DNA of 64,000 nucleotides from a virus. How positions within the stretch are numbered: the stretch's first letter is position 1; each line of letters opens with the position of its first letter. The notes under the pieces are model-generated. The model searched no databases, was not told the DNA's origin, and saw only the letters and a program-made list of their open reading frames with translations. The stretch lies in the IMG/VR virus record IMGVR_UViG_3300007513_000984, positions 25,670 through 89,669 of that record. One strand, written 5' to 3'. The translations under genes were made by a program, and so were the position numbers. Positions 48,912 to 59,200 of the stretch are shown here, in pieces.

Positions 48912-48940
48912 ATAATAGCACAGGTTCGAACCAGTGTCAA
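48912..48940 (-). promoter_or_regulatory. sigma70 promoter of the ncRNA
   Basis: Minus strand TTGACA-N17-TATTAT with extended -10 TG. Confidence 0.8.
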
Positions 48941-48963
48941 CCACTTTTTTTAATTATTTTTAA

Positions 48964-49665
48964 TTATTTGAAGATTTTTTTGATAGTTGTACAGAAAGTG
49001 TTGGTCCCCTTAGGGTCCAAGGGTAATGAGTTCTCGTTAATCCACTCAGGAAACTTCTCAAACAGTGTTTTCCACTGAATCATTTCATTATATAGGTCTA
49101 CTATCTTCTTTAGATGTTCAGTAGTATTAGGATAATTGTGTTCTCTTTTTAGTTTATTGACTCTTTGTTTACATTCATCTAAGTCTGATAAATCTCGGTC
49201 AATTGCGTCAATTATATGTTCAAAAGATTCTATATCTTTGAATTTGTTAATTAGGAACTGATGATGTTTGTTCTTGGGTTTGCCATCATACAGAAACATA
49301 ATCTCTTGTAAATCATAATACAATGCCTTTACTGGATTGATACTTTCTCTGTATCTTTTCATTATTTCATCAATAGCAAATTCTGAACTTTCGGTAGATA
49401 AGTTTTCGAGTACACTTATAGCCAGTATATTAATACGTTGACTACTTGCTGATAATGCCTTCGTTGAATCTTCTTTAACTTTCGCAATGACAATATCCAC
49501 AAGACGAGCCTCGGTATCATCTAAATCTCTTTTTAGATACTCTACATGGCCAGGGCTTGAATGAACGATTGTTCTTCTTAGGCTATCCGTAACTCTTTCA
49601 CCTTTAAGAACTTGTTTACAGTCACGGATGAATCGTTGTCTTTCTAAATTGATAATATGATTCAC
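48964..49665 (-). CDS. Hypothetical helical protein, 233 aa
   Basis: GAGGAG SD, GTG start, CTAAATA late motif near 49696; no recognised motif. Confidence 0.7.
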   Translation of the reverse strand: MNHIINLERQRFIRDCKQVLKGERVTDSLRRTIVHSSPGHVEYLKRDLDDTEARLVDIVIAKVKEDSTKALSASSQRINILAISVLENLSTESSEFAIDEIMKRYRESINPVKALYYDLQEIMFLYDGKPKNKHHQFLINKFKDIESFEHIIDAIDRDLSDLDECKQRVNKLKREHNYPNTTEHLKKIVDLYNEMIQWKTLFEKFPEWINENSLPLDPKGTNTFCTTIKKIFK

Positions 49666-49718
49666 TATGTCTCCTCAAAACTTCTCTTACAGTGATATTT
49701 AGGATGATTTGACTAGTC

Positions 49719-50156
49719 TCAAAGTGACGATATAATTTCTTTAATGATTTTTAATTTTTTCTTTCTGAATAAGGTACGTCTTGTACCGGGATGTAATGGT
49801 TTGGGCACATAGTTAGTTTCAACCCATGCATATCCGCCTGATTCGTGATTTGTTTTTGGTATGAATTCTTTTTTAACTAATATAACAAAAGAGTAATAAC
49901 TGAATTCGCCATTCCTTGTATGATATTGGTCTAATGGATATATCTTAATGACATCTTTTTCAACACTTATATCTAATTCTTCTGTTATTTCTCGTAGTAA
50001 GGTTTGTGCTATGTTTTCTTTATCTTCAACTTTCCCACCAAAGAATCCCCAATTTCTTGGAAATGAACCATCTAATGCTCTCTGTTGAAGAAGTATTCTA
50101 TTTGTGTCTTTTGCGACTATACAACCGCCTGCCGCTCTAATTCTTGAAACTTTCAT
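49719..50156 (-). CDS. NUDIX hydrolase
   Basis: Nudix box GGKVEDKENIAQTLLREITEELD. Confidence 0.9.
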   Translation of the reverse strand: MKVSRIRAAGGCIVAKDTNRILLQQRALDGSFPRNWGFFGGKVEDKENIAQTLLREITEELDISVEKDVIKIYPLDQYHTRNGEFSYYSFVILVKKEFIPKTNHESGGYAWVETNYVPKPLHPGTRRTLFRKKKLKIIKEIISSL

Positions 50157-51535
50157 TATGGGGTCACTACTAATTCTAATCTCCAGTATCCACCATCATA
50201 TATTCCTTGATAAGTGTCCGTCCATTCTCCCTTTTCAAATTTAAATTGTTGAGAAGAATATGTATTTGTTACGTATTCACGTGTTTCGTTAGCACTGGCA
50301 TCAAAACTTTTTACCCATGCTGTTCCGTTATATTCTAAAATGTCACCAGTATCAATTTCAATTCCCCAAACACTAGTGGCTTTAGCAGAATCTAAAGTTA
50401 GATATCTTTGTCCTGATGCTTCAACTGGAATACCATTAAATCCTGGTTTTGCTGTAGAGGCATTAATAATTCTATCTACAGAAGTTACCGTGTTTGTTGG
50501 TAGAGTTGCTGGGTCTATTGTAAACTGTAATGCATTATCTACACCAGTAACAGTTGATAATGTACCGATAACATCGGCATTAAGGTCTTCTACTTCTCCA
50601 TGATATTTTAATCGAAGTCTTGATACTCCATCGTCTAATGTGCCATAATCTTTAAGAACAGTTGCCCATGCTATGTTATCATCATAGTTTCCATTTGCAT
50701 ATGGACTACACCATACATCACTACCATTTTCATAAACTCGTAAAGCATAATTGTGTGGTGTTACAATGACACTTGATTGTGCCTTTAAGTCGGCAAAGAA
50801 TTCAAATGCATCTGGGTCATAATCAATTGTATCTAAATCTGTATATGTATAGATGTTGTTGATAATATTTCTAACTACATTCTGTCTTGTTACTTGTGCT
50901 GGTGGATTAATCCATACAGGAATCTGAAAAATCATTGTTGCGATATCAATTTGGTCTTCAACACCTGCTGGTATTCCTCTACTTGTCCATTGTAGGTCAG
51001 TCATTTCTACTACTGTAATAGTAGTCCAGTCTACAGGATTATCGTTGTGTTGTATTTCTAATGCTGGATTGAATAATACTAGCATTTGCTCAAGCAATTG
51101 AAGTTTTTGGTCTGTATTAGAAGTCCAAACATCAACTTGCATGTTCAATAAGTAAGGAACTGGCATTAATCGTTTTACACTATATTTGTTACCAGGCTCG
51201 TTAGTATAAGCATTTGTAGTAGAATCAAATGCCCTTTCATTAACACTTACAGCATCATTGAAAAATGGCTCTTGTAGTCTTTGTCTATCTGGTTGTAAAC
51301 TTTGTACATGGGCCGCAATAAATGGCGCAGAGTTTACTACGTTCTCAGAGTTTCCTTTGAGAATAGTTGCCGCCATTCTTGATACATCTCCGTATCTTGC
51401 TGGAACTCTGATATAATAATCAGTTGTCCCATCATCCATTTTGCTTCCAGTTTTAACTGTGAATCCACTAAACATTCTAATAAATTGTAGAATGTATCTT
51501 CGAATCTGATTGTCATAGAAATGAGTTTGTGCCAT
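50156..51535 (-). CDS. gp15: Tail terminator / sheath stabiliser (gp15-like) with C-terminal extension
   Basis: HFYDNQIRRYILQF..MFS, VPARYG, MPVPY, QLLEQMLVLFNP. Confidence 0.85.
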   Translation of the reverse strand: MAQTHFYDNQIRRYILQFIRMFSGFTVKTGSKMDDGTTDYYIRVPARYGDVSRMAATILKGNSENVVNSAPFIAAHVQSLQPDRQRLQEPFFNDAVSVNERAFDSTTNAYTNEPGNKYSVKRLMPVPYLLNMQVDVWTSNTDQKLQLLEQMLVLFNPALEIQHNDNPVDWTTITVVEMTDLQWTSRGIPAGVEDQIDIATMIFQIPVWINPPAQVTRQNVVRNIINNIYTYTDLDTIDYDPDAFEFFADLKAQSSVIVTPHNYALRVYENGSDVWCSPYANGNYDDNIAWATVLKDYGTLDDGVSRLRLKYHGEVEDLNADVIGTLSTVTGVDNALQFTIDPATLPTNTVTSVDRIINASTAKPGFNGIPVEASGQRYLTLDSAKATSVWGIEIDTGDILEYNGTAWVKSFDASANETREYVTNTYSSQQFKFEKGEWTDTYQGIYDGGYWRLELVVTP

Positions 51536-51536
51536 A

Positions 51537-52544
51537 TTAGTCTACCTTTGGTCTTACTGCTTTTGACAGATTTACTTTTGATGTGATAATAGTACCATCA
51601 TCTAGTTTTACTGTGCCTGCATTATTAATAAATTGATTATGTAGTGCGTGTCCAACTTCCCATGCTCCATCATCATCGTTAATTCTGTACCATTTATTCT
51701 CTCTATATTGAAATAATCTTGATGGAGTATAATCCGTTCTTAAGAAATATGAATCATCAGATGGAGAATCTGGGAATTTCTTTCCAGAGTCTACTGTTGC
51801 ATAATCTACATCATCTGGATGATTACCTGGTGTTGCATACATTAAATTGTTTGTTCTGTAGTCCCAATATTTTCCAGGAACATTATCGGCTGCCTCTTGT
51901 ACGACAGCATCAGTGATTTGTAATTCTTTATTGTAAGTAGATAGAACATTTTTCAAGTCAGCGGCATCTTCACCAGTACCAAGAATATCTTTGTATTCTT
52001 GTGTATCTTGTAATTGTTTACAACGAACTCGCCAAATATGTGGCCACCAACCAGCATCAAAACCCTCAGCACTTCTTGTTGCTTCTTGTACAACCCAATA
52101 TTGGTTGACAGCATCCGGGTCTTTACCATCGTTTCCTTCTAACATCATGTCTTCACGCATGTGAGGAAGTTCTATTACATCACCAGTCATTATTTTACGA
52201 CCTAGTAAATTTACCATTTCGTTTAAATGGAGAGTAAACACTTGTTGGTCATTACCTAGAAACATTCCGAATTGTGATAATTCGAAATCTTGGTCAGATA
52301 CAGTATATACGCCTCGTAAGTCGTACAAATCTTTCTCGTATTTTCTATCTCTGTTCTCTAAAAAGAGTAAATCTTGTATTGCAGGTGACGCCGGGTCATA
52401 GTCTGCGGCAGTTTTATCTTGTGAACCGATATACTTATGAATTAGCAAAGATGTCCCGCCATGGTCAAAGTGTGCTTTCACTTGTTTGTCGATAAATTTA
52501 TAATCGTTACCTTTTTTAGAATTCCATAGGCTAAGTCTTGCCAT
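51537..52544 (-). CDS. gp14: Neck protein (gp14-like)
   Basis: DLLFLENRDRKY, LSQFGMF, GDVIELPH; precedes gp15. Confidence 0.75.
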   Translation of the reverse strand: MARLSLWNSKKGNDYKFIDKQVKAHFDHGGTSLLIHKYIGSQDKTAADYDPASPAIQDLLFLENRDRKYEKDLYDLRGVYTVSDQDFELSQFGMFLGNDQQVFTLHLNEMVNLLGRKIMTGDVIELPHMREDMMLEGNDGKDPDAVNQYWVVQEATRSAEGFDAGWWPHIWRVRCKQLQDTQEYKDILGTGEDAADLKNVLSTYNKELQITDAVVQEAADNVPGKYWDYRTNNLMYATPGNHPDDVDYATVDSGKKFPDSPSDDSYFLRTDYTPSRLFQYRENKWYRINDDDGAWEVGHALHNQFINNAGTVKLDDGTIITSKVNLSKAVRPKVD

Positions 52545-52563
52545 AATAAATGTTCTCCATAAT

Positions 52564-52592
52564 TTGACTTCTATGTGTATTTATCTTATAAT
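52564..52592. promoter_or_regulatory. sigma70 promoter (+) overlapping a late promoter (-)
   Basis: TTGACT-N17-TATAAT on +; GATAAATA on - at 52578-52585. Confidence 0.7.
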
Positions 52593-52644
52593 ATAACAAT
52601 ATAATTTTTAATTTATAAATAAACATTTAGGAAGGTACGAAACG

Positions 52645-53367
52645 ATGAATTTAGATGATAACACTGGATATGTCTCAATAAAAGAACTTATTCCATCATT
52701 TGTTGTACAACAGTTTAAACTATGGGCGATGAACCCTGCTAATATACATCGTGGTAACGCTGTAAATGGGGTATACTACGCAAAACACAGAAAAGGTAGG
52801 GAATATAACGTCTGTTGGAGTAAAGAGCCTCCTCGTGAAATGTGGCAACCCATAGTAGATAGACTGAGTACATACATTAATGCAATGTTTAAGGGCAAAG
52901 AATGGGATATTCATATTGTCGATACGATTACGACAAGACCTGGAAGTGCCAAGATTAGGGCACATATTGATACTCCTTATAGATTTGAAGATTTTGCTCG
53001 TACATCGAATGATGAATTATTTGGTGTACAGATTATTATTCCATTAGACCCATTTACATTACAGAATGGTGCTACTTGTATTTTGCCTGGTTCACATAAA
53101 AGTAGATTTTATTATAAAGATATAGAAGATAATCAGGAAGAATATAATAATTTATTAACGACACAAGGTTTTCAATTTGTTTCAAATCCTGGTGATGCGT
53201 TAATATATAATTCGAGAACATTGCATAGTACGATGCCGAATAACAGTAATGAATTTAGAAGTGCAATACTCATTAACGCACTTGATGTAAACATAATAAA
53301 AAGAATTAGAGAAGTAGATATGAATACGAAAACAGCAAGATTTGATAATAAAACACACAAAACTTGA
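52645..53367 (+). CDS. PhyH-family 2OG-Fe(II) dioxygenase
   Basis: HID, PLDPFTLQNGATCILPGSHK, GDALIYNSRTLHS..PN...R. Confidence 0.88.
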   Translation: MNLDDNTGYVSIKELIPSFVVQQFKLWAMNPANIHRGNAVNGVYYAKHRKGREYNVCWSKEPPREMWQPIVDRLSTYINAMFKGKEWDIHIVDTITTRPGSAKIRAHIDTPYRFEDFARTSNDELFGVQIIIPLDPFTLQNGATCILPGSHKSRFYYKDIEDNQEEYNNLLTTQGFQFVSNPGDALIYNSRTLHSTMPNNSNEFRSAILINALDVNIIKRIREVDMNTKTARFDNKTHKT

Positions 53368-53392
53368 CAAAATTAAAGGGTTAGAATATAAT
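53364..53392 (+). promoter_or_regulatory. Consensus sigma70 promoter
   Basis: TTGACA-N17-TATAAT. Confidence 0.85.
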
Positions 53393-53429
53393 ATCTATCT
53401 ATATTGATATATAAAAAGATGAGAGACTA

Positions 53430-54716
53430 GTGACAACAGCAATGATAAGACGAAAAAAGAAATCAACGAAAGGAAGATATTCTGATGAGGCATTTACAGG
53501 TTCTGAACCAGACTGGACGGATTCGGATAAATGGTCAGCGGAACGTTATTATAGAGAACGTTCACGTACTTCTCAATATTATAGTTATTATTATAAAACA
53601 AAAGATTTTATTTCATGGGTTGCAGATTGGATGTTATCTAATGGATATACCAAAGAAGATGTCACATCATATAAAGCGGCACCAGAGTGGCGAACGAGAG
53701 CAACATTAGGTGGCTCTGTAAGAGCATTATCAAGAGGAATGCCAGAGAATCATAAAGGAATTCCAGAATATTTTAAAACAATGAGTGGTATTATGAATCC
53801 TGAAAAAGGATTAAGAGATGTAAGTGAAGAGGTTAGGAATGATATAAATGAAATCATTGAAATTGGTAAAAAAATTAAAATAGAAAAAGAAGAAGAACAA
53901 AAAACTAAAGTTAAGAAAAAAAGACTTTCTATCCAAGAACTTTTAGAAAAGAAGTCAATAGAGATGGCATGGGATATTGATGATTTTGTTTATGATTATG
54001 ACGGTTCAAAAGAAATGTTGGCTAAATTCAATCCTCAAAAATTGTTATTAGTTGTTGGTGCAAAACCAAATCATGCTAAAGTTATATCAAAATTATATGA
54101 ACCAATGTTTAATGAATTTGATGAACTTCTTAATCCACCAGACATTAAAAAGATGAGTGACCACGAAAAAGATATGCATGGACAACTCAAAGAAGGTTAT
54201 TCTCATATGTCTAAGTCTGAAATAAAAAATCATTACAAGATGTTTAAGATGATAGGAGATGCATGTGAGAACATTATATTAAAAGGAAAAGCAACAAGAA
54301 AACCACGTAAGAAAAAATTAATAAGCAAAGAGAAACAAATCAAAAATTTCAAATATTTAGACCATCACGCAGACACAAAATCAATTAGTGTTCATCCAAC
54401 TGAATTAATAGGGGCAAACGGCGCCGTTGTATATAATTCTAAGACAAGAAAATTAGGAATATATCATGCACGAAATATTGACCCTATGGGATTAAAAAGA
54501 GAGGGCTCAGGATTAAGTGTTAAAGGAACAACTATTAAAGGATTTAGTGAAGAAAAAAGTGTATGTAAGACACTTAGAAAGCCACTTGACCAGTTAGCAG
54601 TCTTCAAAAAGGGTGCAAAACGTACAATAATCAAAGAATTTGATGCTATTAACAGTGTTGAGATTAAAATGAATGGAAGATGCAATGTCCATTGTTTGAT
54701 TATAAAAGTTTTTTGA
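53430..54716 (+). CDS. Conserved T4-like phage protein of unknown function, basic, 428 aa
   Basis: YNSKTRKLGIY, GLSVKGTTIKGF..KS..KTLRKP, NGR motifs. Confidence 0.7.
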   Translation: MTTAMIRRKKKSTKGRYSDEAFTGSEPDWTDSDKWSAERYYRERSRTSQYYSYYYKTKDFISWVADWMLSNGYTKEDVTSYKAAPEWRTRATLGGSVRALSRGMPENHKGIPEYFKTMSGIMNPEKGLRDVSEEVRNDINEIIEIGKKIKIEKEEEQKTKVKKKRLSIQELLEKKSIEMAWDIDDFVYDYDGSKEMLAKFNPQKLLLVVGAKPNHAKVISKLYEPMFNEFDELLNPPDIKKMSDHEKDMHGQLKEGYSHMSKSEIKNHYKMFKMIGDACENIILKGKATRKPRKKKLISKEKQIKNFKYLDHHADTKSISVHPTELIGANGAVVYNSKTRKLGIYHARNIDPMGLKREGSGLSVKGTTIKGFSEEKSVCKTLRKPLDQLAVFKKGAKRTIIKEFDAINSVEIKMNGRCNVHCLIIKVF

Positions 54717-54764
54717 TAAATACTGTTATAAGTAGTTTACTATAAACGTATTTGAGGGTCCAGA

Positions 54765-55517
54765 ATGGCAAAACAACGCAATAAGATAAAAAACGATGTA
54801 ATTAAACAGATTAGACTGTTACTTGGTGACGGTATGGTCGATATCGAATTAGACCCAGAACACTATGACCTTTCTATTGATATTGCATTAGATAAGATAA
54901 GACAACGTTCAGAGAACGCAGTACAAGAAGATTTTTATTCTATTGAACTAAAGAAAGAAGTAGAAGAATATACTCTTCCTACAGAAATAACAGAAGTTAA
55001 AAAGATACATCATCGTTCTTTTGGACATGGTATATCCTCTGGTGTTGATATGGACCCATTTGAATTAGCATATGCGAATTCATATTTCTTTATGAACAAT
55101 CACGTTGGTGGTATATCAACATACGAATTATTCTCTCAGTACCGTGAAACTCTAAACAGAGTTGCGGCAACTGATATTCAATATATTTGGAATCCAACCA
55201 CTCATAAATTAAAACTCTTAAGAAAAATGAGAGCAGATGAGATGGTTCTTCTTCATGTTTACTTAGAACGTTCGGCAGACCAATTACTAACAGACCCATA
55301 TTTAAAATCATGGATGAGAGATTACTCAACTGCTTATTGCAAGAAGATGATTGGTGAGGCACGTTCTAAATTTGCTACACTTCCTGGCGCACAAGGTGGA
55401 GTTTCATTAAATGGTGATGCCTTAAAAGCAGATGCAATGGCAGATATAGAGAAATTAGAAACTGAATTGAAACTATATATCGATGGTTCAGCACCCCTTG
55501 GTGTTATGATTGGCTAA
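54765..55517 (+). CDS. gp13: Neck/head-completion protein (gp13-like)
   Basis: LGDGMVDIEL, WMRDYSTAYCK..IGEARSKF..LPG..GGVSLNG; GATAAATA at 54716. Confidence 0.88.
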   Translation: MAKQRNKIKNDVIKQIRLLLGDGMVDIELDPEHYDLSIDIALDKIRQRSENAVQEDFYSIELKKEVEEYTLPTEITEVKKIHHRSFGHGISSGVDMDPFELAYANSYFFMNNHVGGISTYELFSQYRETLNRVAATDIQYIWNPTTHKLKLLRKMRADEMVLLHVYLERSADQLLTDPYLKSWMRDYSTAYCKKMIGEARSKFATLPGAQGGVSLNGDALKADAMADIEKLETELKLYIDGSAPLGVMIG

Positions 55518-55662
55518 TAAAATAGTTAATTTCGTTAACAACCATCTTAATTTACCCCTTTATTTGATAAATAAGAGTGTAGGGTAAAGAAACCCTAACA
55601 GAAAAAGCAAAGAGATATTATCTCGGAGTTTAAAATAATAACATTTCTTAAGGAGAAATAAA

Positions 55663-55920
55663 ATGGCAGCAATAGCAAAAGCAGGTAACGGATTAGGTTC
55701 GATTACTACAGTTTTAGTTTCAGATGCTTCAGTAGCCGACCAAGCGGCTTTAGATGCAGTTTCGGCGGCATTACAAAACGCAGGTCACACAGTTGCAGGT
55801 ATTGATGGCGCCCACGGTGGCACAATGCACTTCGCAGTTCAAGGTGGACCAGATGCTTCAGGTTACTCAGCAACAGTTATGGGTCAGGCTCTTTCAGCAG
55901 TTTGTACTTTTAACAACTAA
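55663..55920 (+). CDS. Small Ala-rich late protein (possible virion/decoration protein)
   Basis: Own late promoter, strong AAGGAG SD and terminator. Confidence 0.6.
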   Translation: MAAIAKAGNGLGSITTVLVSDASVADQAALDAVSAALQNAGHTVAGIDGAHGGTMHFAVQGGPDASGYSATVMGQALSAVCTFNN

Positions 55921-55942
55921 GAAGTTTAATAATATTTAAGTG

Positions 55943-55970
55943 AAAAAGCCCTCTTATGAGGGCTTTTTTT
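55943..55970 (+). terminator. Rho-independent terminator
   Basis: GCCCTC-TTAT-GAGGGC followed by T7. Confidence 0.88.
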
Positions 55971-56000
55971 ATGTATAAACATAACTTTTCCCCCTTTTTT

Positions 56001-56221
56001 CATAAATACAAATGTAAGTGATAAAGAAAAACACTTACGATACTTGAGATATCTTCCGAGTATTCAAATGCATGAGTCTATTCCGTGCAGTGCCTTGAGA
56101 ATCCTTCCGAGGTATAAAAAATATAAAAAACTAAAATATGAAAATAAACATTTTTGTGTTTGTTATTCCGTGTATGATATATGGAATAATTAATTTAAAT
56201 GGCTTATTATAGGAGATAATA
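56001..56221 (+). promoter_or_regulatory. Late promoter and ~210-nt structured leader with three repeated hairpins
   Basis: CATAAATA then a 5' hairpin, then three stems enclosing TGAG-N4/5-TTCCG. Confidence 0.7.
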
Positions 56222-59200
56222 ATGGCTAATATAAAAAACTTTGGTATCCGTGGTATTGGTGCTGACGTTCAGTTTGGTAAGTCGGGTGGCCGAGTCGTAT
56301 ACGATTCAGGTAACTCACTTTTCAAAGTAACGACAGACGGTACAACGTTGGGCAAACTTAGTGTTGCAACTCCAACTTCGGATAACCATGTAGCAAACAA
56401 GAGTTATGTTGACTCAGTTGCTTCAGGATTGGATGTAAAAGATTCAGTTCGTGCGGCTTCTACAGGTAACGTAACCCTAACGGCTCCAGGTGCATCAATT
56501 GACGGTGTTACACTGGCGGCTAACGACAGAGTTCTATTGAAAAATCAGAGTTCTGGCGATGAAAACGGTATCTACGTATGGACAGCACTTGACGCCACTA
56601 TGGCTCGTGCTTCTGATATGGATGGTACTGATGAGTTTGTTGGCGCTTTTTTCTTTGTTGAAGAAGGTACTATAAACTCAGACCAAGGTTTCGTATGTTC
56701 AACTAACGGTACAATCGTTGTTGATACTACGTCTATCGCTTTTACACAGTTCACAGGTACTGGACAACTTACAGCAGGTAGTGGTTTATCTAAATCAGGT
56801 AACACAATGTCTGTCAATGTTGACGATACTTATGTAAGAATTGTTGGCGATGACCTTACTCTTAAAGGTACAGGTACAACAGGTGAAGTACTTCGTTCAG
56901 ATGGTTCAAGCGGCGTTGCCTATGGCGCGGTTGACTTAACTAACTCGAATGCAGTTACTGGCGCACTAGGACTAGTAAATGGTGGTCTAGGTGTTGACGC
57001 TTCAAGTGGTGGTGGTAAAACTACTGCTCGTTCAAACTTAGGTTTGGGCTCGATGGCGGTTCAGGATTCAACTGGTGTTACAATCACTGGCGGTTCAATT
57101 GACATCTCTAGTGGTACTTTAACTCTAGCAAACGACCAAATCTCTGGTGACAAAGTTTCTGGCGGTACAATTGATGGTGCTAACCTTTCAGGTGGCGTTT
57201 CAAAAACTATCTCTGCTTACGATGTTACTATTGGTGCTGGTAAGACGTTAGACGTTGACGGCGTTGTTGATATTGATGCTTCAAGTGGTAACATTGATAA
57301 TGTTGCTATTGGTGGTACAACTTCAGCGGCTGGTACGTTTACAACTATGACATCTGGTTCAGTTGACATTAATGGTGGTGCTATTGACGGCGTTACTATT
57401 GGTGGTGCTGTTGCAGGTGCTATTACAGGTACTAACATATCTGCTTCAGGTACTCTGAAGACAAACACACTAGACAACTATTCTGGTACTGACATTGCAG
57501 TTTCGGCTCCAATGAATATTACTGGTAATGTTGGTGTAACTGGTTCAGTTACGGCTACAACATCAATGATTACAGACACAATTGCAGAAAGAACTGGCGC
57601 GGCTGGTGTTACTGCTGATGGTGTTTTACTTAAAGATGGTAATGTAACCGCTACTTTAACTGGTAATGTAACTGGTGATGTAACTGGTGACCTAACAGGT
57701 AATTCTGCTGGTGTTCATACAGGTGCAGTAACTGGTAATGTAACTGGTAATACTGCTGGTACACATACTGGTTCGGTTAATGTTTCAGGTGATACTTTAA
57801 CACTTGCGGCTGACCAAATCTCTGGTGATAAAGTTCACGGTGGTACAATTTCTAACTTTGCTTCAACTGGTATTGATGATAACGCAGACCAAACAGTCCT
57901 AACTTTAGGTGCTGATGAGTCGGCTCAATTTGCTGGTGCGGTAACAGTTGCTGGTAACCTAACAGTTGAAGGTACTTTAACTTCAATTGAAACTACTAAC
58001 ACTGCTATTACTGATAACACGATTGTTTTAAACAGTGGTGAATCAGGTGCGGCTGTTACAGCAGGTACATCAGGTATTGAAATTGACCGTGGTAGTTCAG
58101 ACAACGCTACTGTTCTTTGGAACGATACTGGCGATTTGTTTGAAATGAAAGTTGGCACAGCATATGCAAACTTTAAAGCAAACGGCATAACTGGTGATTT
58201 AACTGGTGACGTAACTGGTGATTTAACTGGTGACGTAACAGGTGATGTAACTGGTGATGTAACTGGTGACTTAACTGGTAATAGTGCTGGTGTTCACACA
58301 GGTAATGTAACTGGTAACTTAACTGGTAACAGTGCAGGTGTTCATACTGGTAATGTAACTGGTAACTTAACTGGTAACAGTGCAGGTGTTCACACAGGCG
58401 CAGTAACTGGTGATGTAACTGGTGATTTAACAGGTGATGTAACTGGTGATTTAACTGGTGACTCTGCTGGTACTCATACTGGCGCAGTTGTTGGTAACGT
58501 AACTGGTAACATAACTTCAACAGGTAGTTCAGCATTTTCATCTATTGATGTAAATGGTGGTGCTATTGATGGTACTACAATCGGTGCTAACACATCGGCT
58601 GCCGGTACTTTCTCAACAATGACAACAGCAAGTGCGGCTATAACAGGTGGTACTGCGTCATTGACAACAGCCACAGCAACTAATCTAAACTCGGGTAACG
58701 CTACTATAACAGGTGGTGCTATTTCTGGTGCGACAGTTGATATGACTGGCAAAACATTGACATTAGACAATGATGCAATTTCAGGTGATAAGATTCACGC
58801 AGGTACTATTTCAGGTGCTTCATTAGCCGGTTCTGCCGACACAATGAGTGGCTATGATATTACTGTTGGCGCTGGTCGTACAATAGATGTATCTTCGGGT
58901 ACTCTAACATTAGCGGCAAACCAGATTTCTGGTAACTCTGTTGATGGTGGTACAATCTCTACATTTGCTTCAACTGGTATTGATGACAATGCTACAGCAA
59001 CTAAGTTAACACTTACAGACTCGGCGGCAACATTTGGTGTTGCTGGTGACTTTGGTGCTAACGACCTAGATGCAGGTGCTTCGACACTTGCTTCTCTATC
59101 AGTAACTGGAAACGCTTCAGTAACTGGTAACCTTACAGTTTCAGGTTCTGTGACAACTACTTTATCTGAGACAGTGAACATTGAAGATAACATTATCGTT

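Noticed and set aside
48830-48935. GTTCGA T-loop-like words suggesting tRNAs
   Set aside because: No cloverleaf can be built, and the promoter and G-U pairs indicate the opposite strand.
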